Origin: Eimeria praecox
Lineage: Eukaryota
NCBI GenBank assembly: GCA_963920595.1
Contig: OY986946.1
Location: 4,092,001 to 4,156,000, forward strand
Direction of reading: 5' to 3'
DNA length: 64,000 nt
The notes below the pieces were generated by a model that saw only the letters and a list, made by a program, of their open reading frames with translations, searched no databases and was not told where the DNA came from. Shown here piece by piece: positions 13,449 to 26,434 of this stretch. Both the position numbers and the translations under genes were made by a program. Every line of letters begins with the position of its first letter. The stretch's first letter is position 1.

Positions 13449-15820
13449 CTACTTGGCTTGACTCATCGAGGCAAATGGATTCGTCGAAGCAACGGGGGCT
13501 CTCGCCGGAGCGCCTACAGGGGTTCCCCCCATGGGGGCCACACTGAGGGCCCCCATATGTGGCCCACTGGGGGGCCCCATAGGTGCCCCACTAGGGGCCC
13601 CCATAGGTGCCCCACTGGGGGCTCCCATAGGCGCCCCACTGGGGGCCCCCATAGGCGCTCCAAATGGTGACGTTTGCTGCTGTACTCCTGGAGGACGGTA
13701 TGCCTGCTGCATGCCTACTGTCTGCTGCAGAGGCTGCTGCAGAGGCTGCTGCAGTTGGGGCTGTTGCAACTGCTGCTGCTGCAGTTGCGGCTGTTGCAAC
13801 TGCGGCTGTTGCAACTGCGGCTGTTGCAACTGCTGCTGCTGTTGCTGGAAAGGGCTCCCCCCAAAGTGAGACCCCTGTAAAGAGGCAAATGGATTGGACG
13901 GTCTTGCAGCTGGCTGCTGGGGGCCTCTCATGCTGGCGAAGGGGTTGCGCTGCTGCTGCGGCTGTTGCATTTGCTGCATATGCATCATAGGATTTGGCTG
14001 CTGGTGTTGCTGCATCATCAGGTTAGGCTGTGGCTGCTGTTGCATCATCATCTGCTGAGGACGGCCCAGAGAACCTCCCATTCCGAAAGGTTGCTGCTGC
14101 TGCTGCGGCTGTACCCCGAACAAAGTATTGCTGGGCTGTTGCATGGGTTGCATATGAGGCAAAGACTGCAGCTGCTGCATATGCTGCTGCGGCTGGAGCC
14201 CTCCACAAGCTCTCCATTGTTGCTGGGAGGTGTCTACGAAAGCGCCAACGGCGGCTCCTTGCTGCGGCATCTGCATCTGCTGCATGTTTTGATTCATGAG
14301 GCCCTGCGGCGTTTGTCCCTGCCTCCACAGAGTGTTTGGTTGCTGCTGCTGTTGTTGCTGCTGCGGTTGCTGTTGCTGCGCATGTGGCACAGAAGCCATG
14401 CCCATACCTGCAAGGCCTCCCATGCCAGGGATAGGGCTTTGGTGGACGCCCCCCTGATGGGCCCCTGCATCGGGGGCCCCTGTCCATACGTTGCTACTGG
14501 GCTGTGGCCAGCCGGTAGCGACGAAGTCCTCCTGGGGGGCGCCTTTGCGCCTGCTGCTGCTTTTGTCTCCTCGATTTCCGCGGGACCTCGAGGACGCCCA
14601 GGAAGACCTCGGGGGAGAATCCTGACGCGATCAAGCAGAACGCATACACCCCAGATACAAGTGCCCCCCTAAGCCTTAAACATCAACGTATATATATGCT
14701 TCGATACGGATATGTATGGACAGATATGCGTGGAGCACGCATGCCCAGATAACCCTCTTAGCGTATGTGCGTCTGTGTGCCTGCCCCTTTGTGCTCATGT
14801 GTACACATGAAGGGAGCCATCCTAGCATTACGTATTGTTTTTCTGAGGAGTGCGCATTTGCGTGCATGCATGAAGATTAATTAAAGCTACACAAAGTGTG
14901 GCCTGCGGCTGAACGTGCATACACCCAGAGAAACAGGCACAAGGTGAAGCAGCTGCAGCTACAGCAGGTGCTGCATCGCTACCGCGTACATCGCTGGACT
15001 CCGGGGATTCGCTGGATGGAGAAGGCGAATCTCTCCTTCTCGAGTGTCCCCTGCCGTGGCGTCGTCTCCTCTCGGGGGCTCGGGACGAGGAGCTTCGGGG
15101 TGCGCGGCTACTGCCGCTGTCCCGCGTGCTACTGCTGCTGTTGCCACTGCAGACGCCCACAACTGGACTTACAAGACCCCTCAACCCCTCAAATGATAAC
15201 ATAATAATCACCGCACTAAATGAAGCTAAGCAGGCATACAGCCTGATATTCCACACAAGCAAAAGCCACAGCCCCCAAATGCACACAGAAAACCACCAAA
15301 GAAAACACACAAACGCACAAAGCACCACAGGCGGCATCTCAACATCCCTTACCCAAACTTGTTGAGGAGTTTCTGTACTTCAAAAGCTGTAAAGCGGTCT
15401 GTCCCAATCTTCTTTGCTGATGTCTTGCCCGCGCTACAGCCGTTGCACAGAAACTCATACCGTTGAAGGTCAACGGAGCTCACACCCTGTGCAGTAGTGC
15501 CAAAAGAACAAAGCACAATGCAGCAAGCAATACACAGCAAATCATCTTTTGAGAAGGTATTGCACCCAACAACATCCAAATAGCAAACCGGAAACACGCA
15601 CTGGGCATCACATTGCCCGTAGCAGCACCAGCGCCTGCTGAAGTACTTAGGCCACAGCAACAGCAGCTCAACTGCAATGAGGGCAGCAGCAAAAACAGCA
15701 GCGCCATCAACAGTTGGTTACCCCTCTGCCGCATAGTGCGCACTGGTCGTGGCTGTTGGCAAGAAAGTAGAGCTTTTCCAGATTGACAGCGTCCTCATAT
15801 TCAGTCTTGCTGAGGCCCAT
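13449..15820 (-). CDS. AGFG-like protein (ArfGAP-type zinc finger, Q-rich tail, NPF motifs), about 520 aa; exons 15820-15722, 15486-15353, 15146-14990, 14621-13449
   Basis: Phase-consistent GT-AG splicing gives MGLSKTEYEDAVNLEKLYFLANSHDQCALCGRGGVSSVDLQRYEFLCNGCSAGKTSAKKIGTDRFTAFEVQKL (C-x2-C-x16-C-x2-C). The C-terminus has three NPFAS motifs. Confidence 0.75.
13555..13662 (-). repeat. 24-bp coding minisatellite encoding GAPMGAPS repeats
   Basis: Translation reads GAPMGAPSGAPMGAPSGAPMGAPSGAPMGPPSGPHMG; boundaries approximate. Confidence 0.85.
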
Positions 15821-17363
15821 CTCAGCCGCGTTCGCGGAACTGAACCCCATTGTCAGCAGATGTTGTGCGTGTCTTCCCTCCTGCTATTCCCGATTATATT
15901 TCGTCTACTGCTGCGGCTGCTGCAGGTGAGCTGGGGGCCCAGCAGCGCAACTTCATTCGGCCGCTGAAGCCCCCTGTAGCTGTCGGTAGAGAGGATGCTC
16001 CCGTATGAGCTATTGCCTCTGTCTGTATATGTTCTTACTGCGGCGGTTGTTGTTGTTGCCAGTGATAACTACTGGTGCTCGTACTCCTGACGCCGCTACA
16101 CTGAAACTGCAGCTGTTTGGCCTCAGCGAGTGTTGCCCGCCGGCTGGGCGTCTACCAGTAGGGGTCCGGAAGCAGGCGGAGGGTCTCCCTGCTCCTCTGG
16201 CTTCTCCTGCAAATGCCGCTTTGGGCCGAAAGCGCTTGGGCAAAAGGCGCGGGGCCCCTGCTGGCGGAGGGGCCCCAGGAGCTGTCCGCCGGTGGCACGC
16301 CCGGGACGGGCAAAGAGGGATGAGGGACTGGTGATTTTTCGTGGCAGTAACAGCTCAAATTACATGTAAAACGAAGGGCGACAAATGCCAATATGAACTG
16401 GAAAGGCTACAGACAGCGGGTAAGACGACTGCGGACGGACTAGCGGCTGTCGAGCTAGAAGCCCAGATGCGAGATGCTGAAAAGAAAGATACCCTTTGTG
16501 AGTTCAAATAAGTGTAACAAAAAAGGGAGAACGAAGTATGGGCTACTACTGTTGCCCCTCCTCCCCTCCCGCCTATCTTATGCTACTGCTGCCGCTCCCG
16601 TGGCAGAACCAAGAGTTGCGTTGAGGGGCTCCCTGCTGCTTCTTTTTCTGTCTGCTCTTTCTCTGTGCTCTACAAACCTTATTCACAAAGGGGCAACCAA
16701 AAGGGGGCATATTTAAAGGTATAGGGGAGAATGACTACGCGCCACGTGAGAACACTGCAGCCAGTTCAGCTGCGACTACGACAGCGGCGGCAACTTGTGC
16801 TGCTGCTGAAGCTACAACTGCAGTTACAGAAAAATGAATGTTCTTGAGCGATCTTTTTAGCTATAAATGAAGTCGAAAGATTTACCAGGGTTACCTGCCT
16901 AGTCGAGGCAGATATTTTCAGCTGGCGGAACGTCGTTTTAGCCACGTCCTAAGGGAAGCTGTGAGTTAGACTTCTTTGGGTAGCAGACGAAGGAAACGCA
17001 ACTCAAAGTCGAAACTAAAGTTAGTGCCTGCTGCAGCGGAGTCGCACATAGAGGGTTAAAGTCTAGAGGGGAGCAGGGACCTTCTGTTGGTGGTCTGTCT
17101 TGCACGGTGTGCAACTGGTGGTAGGCCAGACGCTTTTCCTGCCCTTATTCAGATAGTAAACCCTACAAACTCGTCCGCTTATAGCCTTAGTGCACGAATG
17201 CAATTCACCCTGCGAAAACCCCTTAGCGGGCAAGCATAGGTGCAGGGCTTGTGAAGAGTGCCTTAACATTGACTAACTCGAGCTTATAGGCTTTGCGGTC
17301 ATTGTGGTGACGTTCAGTGAGGTGAGCCGCAATGCGGAAGGAGGAAAACCAAGCTGCACCAAT

Positions 17364-17436
17364 GGGCGTCTAGCTCAAATGGTAGAGCGCTCGCTTAGCA
17401 TGCGAGAGGTAGAGGGATCGATACCCTCGTCGTCCA
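17364..17436 (+). tRNA. tRNA-Ala (anticodon AGC)
   Basis: 73-nt cloverleaf with anticodon arm CTCGC-TTAGCAT-GCGAG, G3:U70 alanine identity pair and ATCGATA T-loop typical of eukaryotic tRNA-Ala. A T-run follows about 10 nt downstream. Confidence 0.96.
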
Positions 17437-17987
17437 GTACATTCACCTTTTATGAGAGGCTGGTTGTACTCTGGCGCAACAACCGCTTTAGTCACGCGGA
17501 TGCATAGGCTTCGCAGCATCCCCGCTTTGCACTGCGCGCATCTATGCTATCAGCCTGCCTTCCAACAAACACTCAGTAGCTCCCAATATTTGACGAGAGT
17601 TCGAGAAACTAACACTCCTCGCCTTTGGCTTATCAACTTGGCTGCTACACAAAAGAAGCAAACGCCGCGGGAAAACTTGTTCAGGGTTATTTCTTATAAA
17701 GAAACGAAAAAAATGTGCTCCAAAATGCAGTGTCTACTGTTGTTGCTACTGCCATTAAAGAGGACGCCCCCGTTGCTGCTGCTACTGTAGTACTGCTACT
17801 GTGGCGGTTGCTGCTTCGCAAGGAAGTGGCACCGAATGGCTAGCTACTGCTTTATGCGCCTCCAGGCCCTGAACCGTAACAGCAGCAAATGCCACATGGT
17901 GCTGCTGTCGCTAATGCATCATAAAACAAGACGGAATCGTGCCGGCCTTCTGCTGGAAGCAGCGGGATTCAACATCTACGGTCAGCG

Positions 17988-20900
17988 CTAGCCCTCGCTG
18001 TTATTGTTGCTGGTGCTGCGGTTGCTGCTGGTACTCTTGCTGCTTCTGGGGCACTCCGCATATCTGGATGGAACGCTCTTCCTTGCAGTCCTAAGGGAAG
18101 CAGAAGGCCAAGAAAGGGGCCATCTAGGCCGCAGCAGCATGGCCACATCCTCGCCCTTGATTCGACAGATGCTGCTGTCGCTGGTGATGCAAACAGCGGA
18201 GGCAGCTGCAGCATATGATCTGACAGGAACAGTATACTTTACACCCCAGGGGACACATGATCCCTGTAGTTGCTGTGAAGCGGCATTACCAGCAGTCTGG
18301 TGCTCATGCTGCAGAAGAGAATCTGCCTTCCCTGCTGCACCAGGCGGCGACGGTGTTCCTGCGAGGTGCACGCCGCTGTTTCGGCCGCTGTTGCTGTCGG
18401 TTCTCTGGGGGTTGCCTTCGGCTTCCAAGATCCAAAATGGTTTGCAATAGAGAGCGGCCGCAGTCGCTGCTTTCCTCACTGCCCGTTGCGAGCGAGGACT
18501 AAGAGCCTCTGCATTCGGATCTCGTAGGGGGGCTCCTGATTCCCCCTGCGGGGGATCTGTTCGTGTTAGGGGAAGACCGACCCTTTCTGAAGTGCTACCA
18601 GCCAGCTCTACACCGCGAGCCTCATCCTGAACCTGTAAAAAACTCGCAAATGCTTGGGTGCTGCAGATTTCTTGCAACAAAGGGCTGCCGTCGGGCGGAG
18701 CCCCCTGTCCCCTCTGCCTCCCGCTGCTGCCAGCAGTTTCCTTGCCCTTAAAGGGGCCTCCACAAGAATATCCCCCCAAGGTAGCGTCATACCGCGACCT
18801 AGTTATAACAGTGCAGCCCCGCAACAAGTCAACAAAGAAGCGAAGGAACACCTCCCGAAGTATTGCATCTGCTACAGCATTCGCCTGCTTCTGCTGAAGG
18901 TGCTGCTGCTGGAGCTCCTCCTCCTGCTGCTGGCAGTAACCGTCAGTGGTCAGAGCAGAGCTCCACTCATGTAGGACGACGAGAGGGTTTTCTGCACCAT
19001 CCAGAGGATCAATCTGGGGCTGCAAGCACACAGTGCTTGCCTGCTGCAGCGCAGCCGTACGAGATGCAGCAGCAGCTGCTGCTGCTGCTACTGCTTCTGC
19101 TTGTGCTGCCTTCGCTGCTTCCGCTACAGCTTCGGCCTCACACAGTTGCTGGTTTTCTGCATTGTTTTGGCACTCGAAGCTGCTACTGCTGAGCGCAACA
19201 GCAGCAGGCTCGGCAGCGTCCTGGCTGTGTGGATAGACAACGTTTATATTCAAAGGATCTCCCTCTTCAGAAGACTCAAACGAAACGCCAGAAAACTCTC
19301 GCCACACAGGCAGCAAGTTGCTGGTAGGTTCCGTTCCTCCAGCAGCAATAGCAGCAGCTCCGTGCTGCCCTCCTGGAACACCAACAAAGGTTGCCGGGGC
19401 TGAAGAAATTGCATTGCCTGGCCCCCAAGGCTCGTCTCTGTCACTAACGCCTGAGGTTGCCGCTGCTCTCGCCGCTGCTGCTGCTGACGTGGGTGCCGGA
19501 GTAAGACCCCTTGCTGCCGCTGCCGAAGGTCTCTTCGCCTTGACCCAAGTTCTGCTGCGTTCAAAAACTTCGCTGCTGCTTCTGCACTGCCGCTGAAACA
19601 AGAGGGACATTCCTCTCCGGCCACGGTTGCTGGTGCTCGTTGCCTGCTGCTGCTGTTCCTGCTCCTGCAGCGGCAACTGCTGCTGCTCCTGTTCCCCCAG
19701 CGCCGGCTGCTGCGGTGGATGGTCAGCTTTAGATGCAGCAGCCGCACCTGCGGATTCTGTTTCGCTTGTTACTGCAGCTCGTGCAGGTGAAACACACAAA
19801 TCCGGGAAGGGCGACGGAAGTTCGGGCTCCTCGAACAGCTGCTGCTTCTCCTCTTGCTGTCGTTGCTGCTCCTCTCTTTGTTCCAGTTGTTCCTGTTGCG
19901 CTCGCTGTTGCTGCTGCTTCTCCCGCATCCACGAGGCAGCATCAGCAGCGGCAGCCGCAGCATGCGCCCCCACGGGGACGGACGAGTGGCGGAAAATTGC
20001 AGACTGCCCTGGACCGCCACGGAGCGAAGGCGGCGTGTCTGCAGCAGCAGCGGCAGCAGTTGCCGCTGCTGAGGCTGCTGCTGCAGCTGAAGCTGCTGCT
20101 GCTGCTGAAGCTGCTGCTGCTGCGTCTGTCATGTCAGCTCCAGAAGTTGAAGACCGTTGCCCCCATAACCGCCATAGCCAATTATCTCTCCTGTGCTGCT
20201 GCTGCTGCTGCAGTTGGAGCTTGGCCGGTTGCGGTAGGTGCTGTAGCTCTCGCTGTTGCAACTGCTGCTGTTCTGTCTTTCCAGGAGGCAAGAGGTTCAA
20301 GAAACGAAAGACAGAGAGAAGGGCCCCGCTGTGAGAACGATTGGGTCCCCCCCTCACACTAGCGTTGGTGTTGCCGCTCCTGTTGCTACCAGTCGCTGCT
20401 GTCCCTGTGACGCCAGCAGCTGCGACAGCACCGAAGCTAGTGCTGCTCTGACCACCTGGTTGAGGGCTAAGCAGCCGCTGCTGCTGCTGCTCATGTCTGC
20501 TGCTTGTACGCAGCAGTTGCAGAGGGTCACCCCTGGCAGCGCCGTGTTGGGGCTGCATTTTGGTAACTCCTGCAGACTTGTTGCTGAGACTGCCTAGCTC
20601 AGTAGCAGCAGCAGCAGCCAGCCGTGCACTGTATGCTGCCGCTTCTTCTGTAATTGCAGCAGTGACATTCTCTCGCAGCAGTAGCCAGTTGGAGGGGAGG
20701 AAAGAAGGGATCTGCTGCTGTTGTTGTTGCCGCCGCTTCTTGTGCTGCTTCTGTTGGTGGCGCTGCAGCATCTTCCGCTGCTGATTGGTCAGGTTCCCAT
20801 CTACGATAGCTGCTGCTGCTGCTGCCGCCGCCGCCGCCGCAACTGCATCTTTGCACAGAAGTGGCACGAGGCTTGCAACAAGCTTCCCCAGCATTATATC

Positions 20901-23900
20901 TGGCAGAGGGGGCAATCCCCAAGCAACGGTACCAGGAGCTGCTGTTGTTGCTGCGGCTTCTGCTGCGGTTGCTTTTGCAGTTGCTACTGCCAAAGGGTCC
21001 AGAGAGTCGCGCTGTTGAGGGTCCCCTGCTGCCGTGGCAAGGGCAACATGCGAAAGGGAGAGCGAGCAACTGTCCAGATCCACCAGATAAACCCCTAAAA
21101 CAGCAGTCACACCAAAGGAAAAGCAGCAGCCAGGAATCTTGCCTTCTAGGACTGCGTGAAGGCGTTGCTCCAGGCTGCTCAATTACCGCACGCAGCAGCA
21201 AAAGCACCTGCATGCACTTCATCAGCAAACACCTGAAACTGCAGAAACTGGCGCTGCAGCAGATGCTGCTGAAAGGACAACAGCAGCTACCACAGCAGCT
21301 GCAGCAAAAGCAGCGAAGCCAGCGGAACTAACCGAGTGGGAAGGTGTCCAGAGCGTGAGAGAATAGGTTGATGGCGTACAACATATTGCCGGGAATGGTG
21401 TTCGTGCAGTTATTGTTGGTGTTGCTGCTGCTGCTAGAGACTGTTGCTGATGTTGCTGCTGCTGCATTTGCTGCTGCTGCTGTAAAATCAGGAACAGTGC
21501 ACACGTACACTGCGGGAGGGGCTGCCCTTCCTCTGGGGATGCCGCTGCGTTTCCTGTGGCAGTTGCTGCTGCTGCTGCTCTTTCCTTGTGGCTGTTGTTC
21601 AGGCGGAATCCCCTGCTGTTGCTGTGGCACCGGTGTCAAGAAGCCAACGCAGAAGGGAAGCGGCATCGACACGAAATGCGCGAGGGACGCTGGAAGCAAC
21701 GGGACGAACACCTGAGAGTAGCGGAGGGGATACATCAAGGCTGCGCATGCACCCCACACAGAAGCAGCAGAAGCAGCAGATGATGCAGTCGCTCGAAAAT
21801 GCACGTAGATACACCAAAGGGGCACGTCAGAACAGTCGCCAAAATTCTGTTATCGCCATTTCCGCTGCTGAGCATTCTACTGAAGCTGCTGAGGCAGCAG
21901 CAAGACCAGCTAGCGTTGCTTGGCTTCACAGCAAAAGGACCACTTTCACATTACGCGCTTGCTACTCTTGCTGTTGCTTCTGCTGAAGTTATCCTGATGC
22001 AGCTAACCCGTGAGAGCGCAAGGAAGCAGGCTAAGGCGGTTCACAGACGCGGAGAGCAGCACGACTTGCTTTTCGCAAAGTAGCAGCAAGAACAGCAACA
22101 ATAGCAACTCCAGGGGAAAGGTCTTCAGAAGATTCACCAGAGGTAGCTGCAGCGCGCAACGCAACATGAAGTATACCAAATCCATGATTTCATCTCATGC
22201 AGCTGGGAATGCAGCACCTGTGGCAGCACGCATTGCAGCACCAACACCTGCAGCAAGCATGGCTATAGCAACGGCTGCAAGAGCAGCTGAGGCAGCACCT
22301 CCAGCAAAGAAGGCTCACTTGCAACAGTGGCAAGCTTCCCGGCGGCGGCAGCGCGAAGTGGAGGGAGCGCGTGCATTCTATGGAGACAGAAACTTGCAGC
22401 GTGTTGATGCTGCTACACTTGCTGCAGTTGCTGCTGTCAGCGGTCTTGCAGTTACCACCGCTACTGCTGCTGCTTTCACAACGCATTTGAACCTGCTGAA
22501 GCGGGAAAACCTCCCATATGTGGGCTGCTACTGGAGCTGGGGTCTCCTCCACGAGTCGTGTGGCTTGTTGCTGCAGATACAACAGTGGTGAGGGAAGGAG
22601 TACCCCTTGCTGAACTTGCTGCTGCTTCTGCAGTACGATGTGACCTTTGGCGCTGCATGCAGTGGCCTGACAGAGAGCAGCGTATGAGGTGTACGTACAC
22701 CACAACCACTCATGGAAAACCCCAAAGAATGGGAGCTCAGACAACACGCAAAACGCCCTCTCCACATAAGCCAGGGCGGGTTCACGGCGGCAGCAGCCTG
22801 TCGCTGGTGCTGCTGTGCATGCCGCTTTTTCCTCTTCTCCCCTTGGCTTGCTTGTATCTTGTTCCCTGCCATCTGGTACTGCATCTGCCACAGGGTCTCC
22901 CTCTGCAGCAACACTTGGATTTCTGCTGCTGTTGAGCATGCTGCTGTACCTGCCGGGCACCCTGAAAGTCACGAGCTCGAAAAAGCGAAGGCAGTGCCCA
23001 TACAGTCTGCGGCCCTGAACATCTGTCAAGACGAAAACTGATGAGGAGGGAGAATGCACCCTCAGCAAAGAAGCGCATGGGCAGCCACCCCACTGGCACA
23101 TGCATGGTGGAGCCCGTGCTGGTGCTTGTGCAGGTGCTGCTGGTGTTGGTGCTGCGGCGGCCAGTATTGCTGCTGAATCCGGAAACATTTGAGGGGATGC
23201 AGCAGGCGCTGCATCTAAAAGAGATGGGGAAGTTACTGTCGCCGCTGCTTCTGGTTTGCACACACCCGGAGACAGCAGCTCTGTTAAGACAGGGGGCAAG
23301 TACGACTGCCAAGGAGATGTACATGGCCGTGTTGCATCAACGCCTTCTTGCTGCTGTTGCTTCTGCTGCGGAGGCGGATGAAGAAGGGTGCACAGACAGC
23401 CGCTTCTGACAGGCAGCACTTTCGCTGTCCCATGAGGAAAGCAGAACAGCTCTGCTGCTGGGGGTACCTCTGGCGGGAGCCACGAGGCACTGCCGCCGCC
23501 TTCATCGCTTGTTTCTGCTCCTGGCTCTGCTGCTGCTGGCCCTTCTGCTGCAGCCGCTGTCGGTGTTTCCGTCGCTGCTACTAGACCTGCTGCTGCTTTT
23601 GCTGGATCTGGTGATGTTTCTGCTTCCGCTGCTGATGGCTTCGGGACGGGGAGGACCTTGGGCTTGCCCTTGCGTGTGACTGCGACATCGAAGCTCGGTG
23701 TGTAGCTGCACTTGCAACAGCGCTGCTGGTCGCCTGATCTGATTGTGCAGCAGCTGCTGCTGCTATGGCTGCTGCCGCTGCTACAAGAGCAGACACCACG
23801 GACTCGGCAACGAATTAAAGCAGGTGAGTGATGGCTTGCCTCGTCCGCGAGTTCTGACGGTGGTGCAGCAACCCCGATTGCATCTGCATCTGCTGCCGTC

Positions 23901-26434
23901 GCCGCATCCGCTGTAGCTGTACAAGCTGCTGCCGCATCTGTTGGCTCGCCCGCTGCTGTTGCTGCTGCTGCTGCACCAGCAACCACCACTGGTGCAGCAG
24001 CTAAAGCACCACTATGAGACATAGGCCAGCTCGAGCTGCGGCGCATGGCTCCAACCTCATGGCAGCGCGAAGGGGCATCGCTGCAACTACGCCTGCTGCT
24101 GCCGCTGGTCAAGTAGTCGATGCTGCTGCTGCTGCTGCAGCTGCTGCTTCTGCCGAACCCCACCTCTGCTGTGTTCAACCGTGGACCACATATACGTGCT
24201 GTCGTTGTTGGTTCTCCTGCGGCACGGGCTTGCGGAGCATGCGCCCTTTTTGTGTTTCCGCTACTGCCTCGGCTGCTGCTGTGGCGTCTGCTTGTGCTGC
24301 TGTAGCCACTGAAATCTACGGGCTCTTTGTTGCAGTTGGAATCGGGAAGCAAGCAGCTGTTCGCCCTCCTGCTGCTCGTGCCTCTATTGCTGTCGTTGGG
24401 GCAGCTGCTGCTGCATCTTCTACGTGCCTGTATCGACGCTGCGTTTTTGCTGCTGCTGCTGCTGCAGCAGGAGCCTGCAACGACAGAAGGGACAGCAGAA
24501 GGACGCCGTTGGTATTGGCTGCACAAGCTCTGAACCCTACTGGAGCTGCAGAAGGAGCTGGAGCAGCTGCTTCTGATCCTGCTGCCGTCGCTGCTGCTGC
24601 TACGGCTGCCCTCTGGTGGAACGGCTCCTTCAGGGAAGATGCATGGAGCGCTCTTGCACGTGCAGCACCACCAAACATGCGGCTGCAACAAGTCGCTGTC
24701 TGTGCTACTCGTACTGCTGGTGGTCTGCTCTACGCTGTCGTCCCTGCAGCTCCCTGTACGTCCAATCTCCTGCCGCTGCAAATGCTCCTGCTGCTGCTCC
24801 TTCTCCTGATCCACCAGGGCTTGCTCGGAATCATCCTCGTGCTTCCATTCCCCAGAAGCGGCGGCAACAGCGGGCACAGGCGAGGTGTCTTTTTCCTGCT
24901 GGTTTCTAGCCTGGCAACAGCAGCAGCAGCACTGCTGTTCTTGTTGCTGTTGGCAGTAGCGGCCTATGCAGCTGTCTAGGACAGGGCTCGCCGCCGGGGG
25001 TCCCAGGATCAGAAATGCCTCAACAAGAGATGGCATGCAACGGACATGGCTAGAAAATCGCTTCTTGAAACGCTTCTGCTGCTGCCGTTGCTGTTGCTGC
25101 TGTCTTTGGCTCTCGTGTTCTTGTTTCTGCTTTTGCTGCCCTGGCTGCTGCTGCTGCTGGTCTTGGACTTGGTCCTCGCATTCTTGTTGCTGCTTTTGCT
25201 GCCCTGCGTGCTGTTGCTGCGCAGGCAGTTGTTCGTCCTCTTGTTGCAACTTCTGCTGTTGTAGTTGTGCGGCTGCTGCTTGCTTCTGTTGCAGCAGCTG
25301 CACGAGAGGCAGCTGCTGCTGCAACACCGGCGCCTGCTGTTGCGGGGAGTCTAACGACGCCAGCCGTTGAACCTCTTGCTGTTGATGCTGCTGCTGCTGC
25401 AGTTGCAACTGCTGTCTGTGACACCTCTCTGCCAATCCCTCAAGGAGTTGCCTTCGGGTGCCCGAATAGTCCCCGCGGCCCCCAGAACACCCACGAGCCC
25501 CCCCCGACTCCCCCGAGCTGCACCACTCCAGAAAGGCATTTGCCACAGCTTCAAAACGACCCCCAACAGCTTTTTCTCCAAGGCCTTCAGTAGAGGCCTT
25601 CTCAAGGGAGCCCCTGAGGATTTCTTCATGGGGGCCTCTCGGGAGCTCCTCAGGCGCTGCCCTTGAAGCCGCATCCGCATCACGGGGCTCCGACGAAGTC
25701 TCCACAGGTGCGTCATCTCCAGCTGCTCCAGCGGGCTCCTTCGGGGGCTCTTCTGCCAGACCCCTTTGGGTTTCTTCACAGGGATCCCTTAGGGCCCCAA
25801 AAGGCGGCCTGGCCAGGGCCTCCTCCGGGGGAGCCCCCGGTGAGTCCTCACCAGACTTTACTACTGGAGACATAGAATGTGACTGCCAAATATTCGTGTT
25901 TGCAGGCGGGCATCGGCGGGTGCCAACAGCTGCTGCGCTTAAAGGGAGAGGGCACGACACAGGTGTAGCCCCGACTGGCCCCATAGGCCCCTTGGGTGAT
26001 CCCCAGGCGGAGGCCCCAACGGCTATGTTGTCCTCAGCAGCAACAGTTGCTACTGGTGAGGACAACCCTCCGATGGCTGCATCTGCTTCGCAGTCTGTGC
26101 CACACGCATCCTGAGGTGGCGTCACTGTCGTTCCAGTTGCCGCTATAGCTGCTGCAGGTGTTCCCTTAGAAGCTGCTTCAGGTGCTGAGAGGCCATCTGC
26201 CGCTAAGACACTCAACGAAGAACTGGCAGCTGCTGCTTCTGCTGTAGTTTCTGCCGCGGTTTCGACTGCATGGGATTGAAAATGAGTCGCCTCAGCAGTT
26301 GTTCTTGTGGTTGCAGCCGTGAGCTCCTGCAGTTCAGTAGGTGTTGCTGCAGCAGCAACATCTACGGAACTGCAGGAGCCTGGGAACCCGTTGGGCTGCT
26401 GGACCTTCCCGCAGTCCGGTAGCATCTTCTGCAA
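17988..26434 (-). CDS. Large multi-exon DENN-domain protein (putative Rab GEF); ends approximate
   Basis: uDENN-like: LVEAFLILGP, ELFCFPHG, VFVLTDVQGRRLYGHCLRFFE. cDENN-like: AFCVLSELPFFGVFHEWL, LLCEKQVVLLS, LMYPLRYSQVFVPLLP, MPLPFCVGF, VYLVDLD. dDENN-like: LREVFLRFFVDLL, STQAFASFL. Confidence 0.88.
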
